A stretch of 64,000 bases of DNA, from positions 173,538,001 to 173,602,000 of the forward strand of contig JBITNC010000001.1 of the NCBI GenBank assembly GCA_050084985.1, read 5' to 3'. This document shows, one piece after another, positions 37,401-49,400 of the stretch (the stretch's first letter is position 1; every line of letters begins with the position of its first letter). The position numbers and the translations under genes were made by a program. The notes beneath the pieces were generated by a model, which saw only the letters and a program-made list of their open reading frames with translations, was not told where the DNA came from and made no database searches. This DNA comes from Nageia nagi. Its lineage: Eukaryota > Plantae > Pinophyta.

Positions 37401-40400
37401 CAGTATCAAAAACAGTTATGACAAGTTTTATTACAGAAACACTGATAAATGCAATCACATATGGATGCAAGTCTTTTGGGCCATAAGATGGTTCTTGCAT
37501 CCAGAGTTAAAATTCATAACTTGATTCAATGTGCAGCCTTCATATAATAGCTTTTGTTTCCAATGTTTGTTCTATCTAATGCAAACATGCAGTAATAGAT
37601 TACCGTTTGAACATTTTTTATACAATGCACATTTATCATCATCTGAGCAGAGCTAATCAATTAACTGTGGGAACAATAGGTAATAAGTCATAATGAACAC
37701 ACACGCTCAAGCATGGGCTCACGGACCTAATGAATGCAACCTCCATGGGAGCAAAAATATTAAAAATATGACATATTAGTGAAAGAATTAGACCCAAATT
37801 ACATGTGTCTGTTTATTACATCTATTTTCTTCAGTACATATGACTGTCCCTGTATATTACTTCTCAATTCCCATATATAAGTTTTTATTTAATTAAGCAG
37901 AATTGTATTACTATCCATAAACATGGCAATAAATTTGAGATGTATTCACATGGGTAGTGAAGCAATCATCATGTTGGGCACTAATAGTGTCTTTAAGGAG
38001 CATGTTCTATATAAATACAATTTACAAATAGCACATCAATCTTTGCAAATAAAATTCTTATTGGTTTTGGATATGTGCTTTTCAAACTCATTTGTTCCCT
38101 CCTATTGATTGGCGATGGAAGTCTAGCTTTAATTAATAGACTTCAGCCTCTGTCTTAGTCCTATAGCATCCACTGCAGGTATTTGTTTCAAATGTTTTTA
38201 AGTAAATCCTAACTACGAAGCATGGAACGGTTTGTTTGTTTTCTTAGATGAGAGTTTTTATATTCTGTTTTGTATGATCTCAAGAAAAACAAACACATCA
38301 GGAAAATACTACCCGCAACCACAACTATGATTATTACTATCTTAAGGATCAAAGATTATTGATGTTTGGAACCAGAGCATGCTTGTAACTGTACCCATGA
38401 CTCGTATAGGCCAGGATTCCTTGCAAATGCCAAGGCATCAAGTCCTGCAAAAATTCCACCTCCAATTAACGTTTTTGAAGACAAATTGAGCTATTTGAGC
38501 ACTTTCATGTTTTTTAAAGCCACTGGAATTGTCCCTGAAAAACTATTGCAAGAAAGATCCACATGCAAAAATTCCACTGTTTGGAATCTCTCCAGTTAAC
38601 TTGTTTGAAGACAAATTGAGCTATTTGAGCACTTTCATGTTTTGGAAAGCCACTAGTATTGTACCTGAAAAATTGTTACAAGAAAGATTCATATCCTAAA
38701 GATTCTTCCATTCAACTAGTGAGTTTGGGATTGGACCCTAGATTGCATTTCTGGAAAGATTTAAATTTTCCAAACTTGTGTAGGTTGCTAGTGTGCTTGA
38801 TATGCCACTTGATAAGTAGTTTACAAATACATTTATGCTTGGACCATCACCATTTTGCCAATTTCTATGGGTAGAAAACCTTCTAACAAGTTGTTGGATG
38901 CATTGAAGTAGAACTGTAGATTTGGAAGACTTGCTACTTCTACAGTTATGTAGCCTGATAATTTGTTATAAGCCAAGTCCACCACTTTCAATGTCGGACA
39001 TCTGCCCAGTTTGGCAGGTATCTATCCTGACAACTGGTTATGATGAAGATAAAGTCATCTTAATTGTAAGAGGTGGCATCTGCCCGAAAGCATGTTGTCG
39101 TAAAAGGATAACAACCCAAGCTTCTTCACTTGATTTAATTTTTCCACAAATAATTTCTGTTCAAATATAATCTTTCCAGATTTTGAAGTCTACCAAAGTG
39201 GCTAGAATGGTCCCCATGAAATGGTTGTTACTAAAACCTACTGGAGTTAAGTTCTTGATGTTTCCAATTTCACCTAATATGTTCCCCTCGAGTTGATTTG
39301 AGTCTAGGGATAATAAATAGAGTGAACTAGAAAGCTATCAACTGAAGAGGGTGAAAACGGACTGAAATAATTATCACTCAGCTCTATGAGTTCTAACTGA
39401 GACCAATTAGTCAAAACAATAAGAATAAACAAATTGCTACCTCCACTCACAAGCTGGTTGTGATGTAATATAAGATGTTGAAGGTGGAGCAAGTTACCAA
39501 CCTCTATGGACATTGTGCCACTCAATCTGTTGCATTCCAATGCAAGATTCTGGAGTTCTGTGCAATTGCTGAGTGAACTGGGCATCTTTTGGGCTTCTGC
39601 AAGGCTTTAAGCAAGGGGACAGTGTACAGTAATGGCCCCTGTTCATGTTAATTTATAAATCCCTCTCTTACCTGTTACTCTGTGTGAATAATTTAATTTT
39701 TAAATAAAGACATTCATCCAAATTTCTAAGCTTTTGCTTTGGCAATTCAGTAGCTTCGACTTTTAAGATTGCTTGTGCCAAGGTTTTCTTGTCCCATTCC
39801 CCAAAAATACCCATTACACGTAGAATAGCTATGTATTGTGGGAGGTAAAATAATTTTAAAACTTTCAATTGGAAGGTTTAAATCAATCATATGTAGCTCA
39901 TGTTGAGTTTATAATTAAATATAGGGGTATCTTATGTCAATATCAATCTTTACATCAAGCTTTTTAAAATGAGATCTTTTATATTGTGGAGTATTTGATT
40001 AATTATCAGAATTCTTTCGATTGAATATGGTTTTGAGCTTATTCAAACGAAGTCAAATCAATGAAAATCCACACAATAATCAAATATAATGCAAATAGTT
40101 TTTTGAAGACTTTTTAAATATGTATTCATGGAATATATTGTATTATTCTACGGCGTATGCATTGCACATGGTTGCAATAGCTAGTTACTGTGCTGATCCA
40201 TTTCACCATGGGCCATTATCAAGTTCCTAATCTTCCTCAACAGCAAAATCTACAAGAAAAATAACCATTAACCAGTCTTTTGAAGTGGATTTCAGCTTAA
40301 ACAAGAAAAAAAAGTATGATGTCAACCCTGCATTTCGCAGACTTGAACCCTTGGCAGCCAGACATCGCTCTTTGGGACTATTGCAAGGCAGATTTGGGCA

Positions 40401-43400
40401 TCATTAAGGGTGAATCCAGCCATCTAGATCATACATCCAACATAAAGGAGGCTGATTTTGTTATTTGAATGAGTTTTCCAGTTCTTTCCAATGATTATTG
40501 CCTCTTTCTTTCCAATGATTATTGCTTTTTATGTTTTCCAATTTTGTGCTACTTGTTGATGGATCTCTTTATCTTTTAGGGTTCTCCCTATACACTTCGA
40601 GCTCAATGTGTGCATGGTTAGGTAGTTGACGATGGGTCAACCTTTGTTACAACATAATTGCATAATTAGACTTAATATTATTGCTAATTGGCTATAGGTC
40701 ATAGAGATTAGTACGATATTGATATTTACATATAAATAAGAGAATGGGTTGAATCCATTGTGTTCATTTAACCTAGAGATCCACTTGTTTAAATTCAGTT
40801 CCTACATAACATGAAATCCAAATATCTTCAATTCTAAAAAAATAAAGAGCATCACATAAATATAAATCATGCCTATTTCCAACTATTCAAAATATACATG
40901 CCACATCATCATAATTACTTAATAATTGAAAAGTATAAAAAGGTGCCTCAACGAGGGTCATCATAGAGTTTAATGTGCCATATTGGAGAGCCTCCAAGTG
41001 GGATAAAACATAAAAAACCCATAATTAATGCCAAAATTATCATAATATTTCCAAATTACCTTAAAACTACTAAAATAGTCCTAAAAAGCTGAAAGAGCAC
41101 AATGAGGATGAACGTCCAACTTTCTCCAATAATCATTTGATTGTTTTAAAATTTAAAATTCTCAAACTGTGACAAACTTGGAAATTATTTCGCAACAACT
41201 TAGTTTTTGAAATGGCATCAAGAAGTATAAAAGAATGACCTCTGCCAATTTTTCACATAGATTTTGAATATACAGTTGGAATCATAAAATTCCTTACAGA
41301 CCTCCCAAATATTGCAAATTTTCCCAACCCTAGCTACCTAGCCTACCACTATATGATGACAATATCTCCTTTCTTTTTTTTTTTTTTAATCAAAGAGCTG
41401 AATTTTGGACCGCACATCCAAAATATCCTCTTCTTGAATCCCACCGATTGAAATCTTTTATTGGTATTCCAAACTCAAGAAATTGCAAAAATATTTTAAG
41501 CATCTGTTGAGAACCCTAGTTATTCAATTCTTGCTTGATGGAATTGTCTAATGGCTTTGGTACCATGAGTTATGCTATAATTTCAAAGAATGAAACACCT
41601 TGACCATTCCACACAAAGTGAAAAAGAAGAGAATAATGTAACATAGGAAAATATCGTGCACAAAAATATGGAGGAAGTGGTTTAGCCAAAAATATCACCA
41701 TAATATGCTTCATTAGATGCTATGTTCAGAATGAGCCACCTATTGCTTACAATGTTGGCTAGGAGGGATCTATAAACAGGCTCAAAAACTCCTACCAATC
41801 CACTTGACTTAATTGATACATTGGATTACACAATGTGTTATGATCTCAATTGTCGATTGATCACCAACACAATGATCCTTGTTCATACACATATGTCCAA
41901 TAGGAGTTCAGCATGTTGCTTTAATATTAATAAATACGTAAGTGATAATAAACATAAGGCTGATGTTAAGTTTAGCTTAGCATCCAACAAACAAATGTGC
42001 ATTACCTGCTTTTATTATCTTTTATGGCATAATTGGCTTCAAATGGGAGAGTATCCCCCATGTGCAACCTCTTTGGATTAGTGAATTTGTCCACTTGTCC
42101 AAGTGAACTCTCTTATGGGTATTGCCATGCCTTGCATTTAGTCTTTTTAGGTGATTGATGATAATGTTTTTTTGTACTTCTTAATATTCTAACATGGCTT
42201 AGATCCACCTTTACCTTCATGTTACCTACTCAGGTGTTCTCCCGTGTTGCTCAAAAAATATTTTGAATCTGGTTCATCTAGCTATGTTTATCTTTGTGTT
42301 TAGCTTTATATCTCTTCTTGTTTTAGAGCCCTTTTTAGGCTTATAGAGTATTTTGTATGCCCACTTTATTATTTACTGTTGCATTCACCTACTTTGGTCA
42401 GCATTGCACATTATAAAATTTTCAACTTCCTTGTTATTTTTATCGGGCTGAGGATTTCCATGATTTCTTTTGCTGGCACTAAGCAAAGTGGGTATGGGGC
42501 ACTCTATGTTACTTGGTTATCACCCTCATTGACCTGCATTTCTGTGAAGGACTTGAGTGTGAAGTCATTCCACTGAAGGTCTGAAGTGTGAGTTTCAATT
42601 TCCATCAGATTTTAGTAGTTGATTTGCTCTCTTGGCAGTTGTGACTGATGCTTTTCCTTAGAGATTGTTGAGCCAATTTCTGTCTTGGTTGACTTCTGAG
42701 AACTGTGAATTGTAGCTATACTTTTAGTTCTATACAAATCAAACTAATTTTTAGCTTTCATCCATCGATTGGGTTGTTGGTACTAAAGCAATTTTCTTTC
42801 TGTTATAGATTTGCTACATTTCTATATAAAAACTGAAATTTTGAAGGAAATACAAAATCACTCGACTTATTTCAAATGTTTAAATTGGAGAGTTTGTTCT
42901 TGGAAAAAGATTCGTCAGTATTTTTGAAGTTTATAAGATAAGTTTGATTAAAATCAGACATAACAAGATTAAGAATTCTGAAATGTTTAAATTAGTTATC
43001 AGTTATTGTCTCTAATGTTATTGGAATTCAAGGTGTATGTCTGCATGGTCTTCTCCAGTGTTAGTGTATCTTCCATCTGCTTTGAACCTTCATTAACATG
43101 TCAAAACTTTTTCCTTTGAATTTCTAGAAGCGTTTTCCCAATAAATTTTTTATTTTCAATTGTCTAACGAGTTGTCGTTCAATGCAGCTTTCTATTTTCT
43201 GGATCATTTGACAGCATTGGAAGGTGATATTCACTACCATGGGGATTGCTATTTGATTTTTTAATGCTAATATAATTTCAGTTTGATGTCAAATAATGAC
43301 AATTTTTATTAAATGTCTATCTGGTAAGGCATAATATTTGGAGAACACTGTTTATTTCTATCTTTTTTAACACGTCATGGCAGGATATGGAAAGAAGGAT

Positions 43401-46400
43401 TGTGTACACATATTTTTGAGGGGCATGGGGATGCTATCACTTCTGCTGCTTTTGTGAAAAATTCAGGTTATACACTTTGGTTTGGATTTTCATACTTTTC
43501 TTCTTAGCTAATGATGTTTTGTCATGACACATTTTTTGTTTTTATGCATAGCATTTATTTTGCTACATTGCAATTATCAAAATAAGTAACAATTTGTCTC
43601 CAAGTGATATAAGTGATAGAATGTCCTCTTACTAGATTACAACTATGAAGACCTCGAATAATTTGCCCCTGAATGATAAATGGCATGAATGAGCTTATTC
43701 TGTTCTTAATAGTGTTGGTACAGCTGTTACCTGTATTAGATGATATCTAAAGGAAAACATCAAATTCCAGGTTTTTTGTAGTTTCAAGGTCAAAAGGTAG
43801 AAGTACTGACTATAATAGCGAGTCATTAGGCGCCTATGTTGGTTAAGAAAGGAGGATGGACAATCTGTAACTGCCATGTCATCCTTATTCCCATTGGAGA
43901 GTGATGATAATGGTGATTTTGATATTCATATAAAGTGTGGGAGTGTAGCAAGTATGTATCATAGGGATGTTTTTGAGGGGCAAATCATCTTTGTACCAAT
44001 ATACACACATAGAAACAAGATAATTTTAAACCATATTTTAAGCATGCGCAAAAGGATTACAAGATGATGGAGACTAGTTTTCCAAGTGAAACTTCAGGAC
44101 AAGGAAAATAAAATGTGCCTGATACCATCATGGACTATTCACGAATTATTTTACAATTTCTATGAGCATTTAATGTACGTGGCCTGCCTTAGGGTAAAAG
44201 TCATACCCTAAGCGGGACTTCAGTTTAGTTTCATAATGTTTGTGAGTATATAGTTCTTGGTATTACAAGAAGCAGTCCAAAATCATTTGATCATTCCCAA
44301 TTTAAATACTTTGTCTACTTTAGTGGCTAAGTTTTCCGTGTTTTTGTTTTGATACGGTAAATGAGGGGGACTCCTTATATAAGAACTTAAAACCTGTTTT
44401 TAGAGATTTACATCAGTCTCGGCAATATTTGCCCCCGTTTACTGTATAATACCTTTTGGTAGACCAAAAACTGGTTGCCAGTTACATATTTGATATTTCC
44501 TATGGTATAATACAAATTTCAGGTCTTTGGTAGCCCAACAATTGGCTACCAACGGCAAGTTTCCTTCAAGGGTTGGTTCTCAAGTCCAACTAGTTTGTAG
44601 CCTTAGTGTTCTTTGTCTTTGGAAAATTATTTTTTCGTTTTCTTTGGGCTTGCTAACCCAAAGTTTTCTAGAAGTCTCTGTTCACCATTGACAATATCTT
44701 TGTTCATATTTTTTCTGAGTGTTTTCTGATTTAGTTTGCCCTTTACTTTTTTTCTTTCTTTCCTCCATTTGGGTTTCTGAGTACGCTCTTTGTTAATCGG
44801 ATTGGTGTTGAGTTTAGGACTTAAAAGTAAGCTTCTTGATCAGTTTCAGAGGCTACCAAGTCTGATGCAATAGGATCTGCATCGTTTTCCTTTGTTTCTG
44901 ACGATTTAATCTTGATTGTAGTTGGATTTTTCTTCTTGATTATGATCCATTCGCCATCTCCTTGAGCATTTGTAGTATCTGTTTTCTTTTCTACCTCTGA
45001 AGTTTTTGGTGAATTATTCCATTGATCTGGACTTAGTTCTTTTGTAGTTGAGTTTGCTGCTGGGGTCCCTTGAACTTTGATGTTCGGTTTGGTAGCCTCT
45101 TGTTGGATTTTGCCTTCTTCCAAATTTTCTGCTTCAGTCTTCTGCGTTTTGTGGAGCAGGATTTTGGTCTTGCTTCGGTTGCCATGTTTGCTTTGAAATT
45201 TCCAAAATTTGGTTTGTTATTTCTTTTTGGGCAGTTTTGCGGAATATGTCCTGCATGAGCGCATACTGGCAAATCATAATGATGTTCTCATATTTGATTT
45301 GTTGATTCCAAACTCCTTTTTCATGAGAAGTTTGAAGTTTGATTTATTTCGGTACCATTTGGTCGAAGTTGACTTGCACACAAAAGTGAGCTTTCGATAA
45401 GCAAGGTTTAGCCTTGTTGGTGGCTATCGAACGTGCAATAGAGCGGATGATTCCTTTTATTACTTTCTGATGTCAAAGTTCAAAAGGGAGATTAGGTAAG
45501 CTTACCCAGAGTGGATTTCTTCAATGTCCACTGTGAACAGTTTCCTCCAAGGCTTAGAGCATGAAAGCATCCTGAGGGGTCGAGGCTACCAAGTTAGCAA
45601 GGACATTGCAGTGGTCGAAGGGAACAGGGAGAAGAGCTGGAAAGAAGCGAAAAAGGGCTACAGATGAATACACATTGCATTATTGTTTCTTTCCTCCCGT
45701 AGTTCTCTTTTGTTTTGATGTTCTTCGGGCTAAGTTTTCAGTTATTGATATCCTACATCTTCATTATTTGGAACTGAAGGTTCTTGTTCTCCCTATGCAT
45801 ATGTATGTACTGGTAATGTTATAATGTGATATGCTTTTATACAAAATTCTAGCTGTTTTAATTTTCTTTAATCTCCATATTTCATCTCAATCCCCAGATG
45901 CAGCACTACGGAAAGAACTTGCACCATTTTCAGCATGGAAGTGTTTTTGTCACTTGATGAACCTCCGTGTCCTAATTTCTGATTTGGTTCCTACTTTGAT
46001 TTAAGTTTATATAGAATTTGAAATTCTTATCCATCCAACAGAGTTTCATGTGAGGGTGACTGGAATTTGAAAGAAATATCAATGAATTGTACTTGGCTCT
46101 GGTGGAAGATTTTAATGAATCTGTATGGCTGATGTTTCTGGAACCAGATTTTCAATTTTGCTTATTGATTGTGCTTGTGGCTTAGTTTTTCTTGGCTTGA
46201 TATTGCAGTGGAAGCTCAAAGATCAGTATTAAAGATGTTCAAATAACCAATTAATCTATTGTATATCATACATCATGTCTGGTGCATCCTTGGGCAATTG
46301 TTCAAACAAGTTTGATTCGTGGTTGTGCAATCTGATTTATTTGCTTGAGTTTTGACATTGACAAATCTTGTGAACATGAAGCTTGATCATTTTATGAACA

Positions 46401-49400
46401 CAAAAATTGAATCGAAAGTCCAGATCTGTTACAGACTTCCTTACATTATCAGTACAGTTTGCACAATGCCTTTGAAATAGTTTTTTCAGTATTTTTTACC
46501 GTATGGATGATTTATGTGAATCCCTGAAGTGTATATAGGCTATTTTAGTCAAAACCTATTTGAAATTTGGACAAAAAAAGGTAAACATTAATTTCTGACT
46601 TGAGATTCACAGGGCACCATGAATGGCCAATATGCTCTGTACAGGCTAAACAAGCAGTTTTAAGATGCTAAATCATTTATGTGAGTCAGTAATGTCTTCT
46701 ACACAGTGTAGATCCTACTCACCAATAAAAAATATGCAAGCAAAAGCTTGTACCTCAAGTTGGTTGGGATTCTAATTTGTGTAGGAGAGAGGTGAATGGT
46801 TCCAATCTCAGCCCTATTTCATTTTTGGTTGTAAAAACTCATCGAATATTTTATTTTTATTTCTCTGAAGTGTAATTTTACTCCCTGGTAACAAGGAGCA
46901 ATATGCAATGAAAAGTAAACTGAATAGCATAAAAAAATGATTCCTAGAGTGAAAGTGGCATAATTTAGGCAATTGTCATTGGATCTTGGAAAAGTGTGTA
47001 GTTCTGGAAAATTTGTTTTCAGCTTAATAACTTGAGACAATTTCAATGTTTACTACAAGTCTCCAAATTTACTTCCAAATTGAAGAAAGCCTTGAAAACA
47101 AGTCAAAACTTCAAAAGTCTAGTAGTAAGTCATGGCTTCAAAAACAAAAAAAGTGTATTTCAGTGTAATGAATTTAATTATCAACTTATTCCACTAAATA
47201 TGCTGTTTCCTGAATTTCGTTACTGTATTTTATCTATTTATCAACTTTGTACTTCAAACTCTTGGGGTAGTTCTACTTTGCTATAAGCTTTTCTTTATTT
47301 GAGCTGTCACTTTTATCATTACAAGAATGCATTGAAAAGAAATGTTAATGAATTTTAGGACTTGGTGTTTCCCTTGGCCACAGGTTTATAAAGGAAGTAG
47401 TGCTGTATTCAATAAAAAAATTCTTTAGCTGTTGGTTACTATTCTTTCCAATAATTCTATTGTAGCTATTCGTAAGGTTTTGCATTCTGCATCACAAAAC
47501 CGAAATATTCCATGCAAAGCATTTTGTAGCCAAAATTTGAAGATACTTGATTTTTTTAATTAGTCATTGCTAGAATTGATATAAACTACAAACTATTTTA
47601 TGAGATAATGTTTTCTGGAGCAGATTCCAATGGAAGTTTTCTAAATCTAGCTACTGCCTCAAAGGATCGCACTCTGCAATTGTGGCAGGTAAGCTTGAAA
47701 ATTGCTTCTTTTGCATTGTTATCCCTCTTCTGGGTTATCTTCTTATGGAAGAATGGGAATTGTTTTGACAAAATATCAACCGTCATGGCAGTTCAACCCC
47801 AATGAACAATTGACAAATTTGAAAACAGTCAGACCATACAACATATTGAAAGGTCATTCTTCCTCTGTTCAAAGTGTGTCGGCGAGCCCCACGAGAATTT
47901 TGTAAGATTTGTGTGCAGTGCTTTTATCATTGAACATCATGTCACCTTGACCTGCTTTGGCTGTTTTGCATAAATAAACTTGCTCTCAAAGAACTATGCA
48001 ATGCACTCTTCCATGATGTTCATGTTTTCTTTTGTTGCGCTAGATTTGCTCAGGTTCTTGGGATTGTTCAATCAAAATATGGCAAGTTTCTGGAGACTTA
48101 GATATTGAGCAAAACAGTGTCTCAGTGAAGAAGAGAAAACTGAAGGATGCATCAGTTCCGTCAAAGAAGCTTGATTCTCAGGTTCTAGTGATTAATGGTG
48201 CAGAGATTTTGTTTTTAAATTTAGTGGAAATTTTGTTATTCCTTAGGCTATTCCATTTATTTGTGGAAGCTGTATAAAGTCTAATCTTTACATATGCTTC
48301 AATTGATTATCGTGCATATATGCGTTTCTCAAATTTATCCTTACTGAATATTAAAACACATTATATTCATGAATATGATTTTTTACGATAGAAAGTTTTT
48401 AACAACTGGAAATATGAATCATGATATACCCTATTTCCATAATAAGCAGATATGGCAACTCTTTAACAAAATCACCTAATTCTTGCAATATCCAATGTAT
48501 CTGACAATTGTTTCATTGAAATATGTTTGTGTATGTTGTCTTAGCTTTCTCTGTGTACAGTCTCCATTACAAAATTATCATCTCTGATGTGCCCAACGTT
48601 AAGCTGTAGAATTTCGTAATCTGAGATAATAATTTACAATAAAAAATTCTTAATTCTTTCCAAGTCTGAAAGAGAACATTCAGACTCCCAAATATGATCG
48701 TTTACTATCCTAGTCAGCAAGATGAATCCACTGGTTATCAAATTACTTGAACACAACTCAATAGTTGTATGCTGTGAAATGCTCTAACGTTTAAACTCTG
48801 CAAAATGTGTCCTGTATCATGGAATGCTCCACCAATGGTTACAATTCTTAAAATTTCAGACAAATTTGGAAGATGCTTATGCTGGAAAGTTCATTTGGAA
48901 TGAGATGAGTGACATCAAATAGAAATTGCAAACCATAACCTTTAAGCAGATCTGGGATTGCCAACAAATGAGAAACTAAATAATTAATAGAGAGGAAATA
49001 TCAACAACTGACCAGCACACAGAAGAAATAAAGCATAAAGGAGTATTCCAAAAAGAAATAGAAACAATTCTGCATGAAGTGTACTGGAGGAAGAGATCCT
49101 GGTCATCCTAGCTCAGTGAAGGTGATGATAATACAAACTTGATCGTTTGATGTCCCTCTTAAGTGTCCCAGAGAAGTTGAAGACTTCCTTCAACTACCAT
49201 TTCATAATCATCCATATTCTATCTTCGCACAGAAGCTATTGATATATAGTTTTTACCTCTAGACAGCTTCTGTCCGCAATTTCATTGTTTCATTTCATTT
49301 ATCCCCTATCAGAAGTAGATTCTTGAGGAACACCATTGTCCTCATAGAGCCTTGCAGCATTTGAGCACATGGATTCTACTTTATCAATTGGTGCTTGCAG

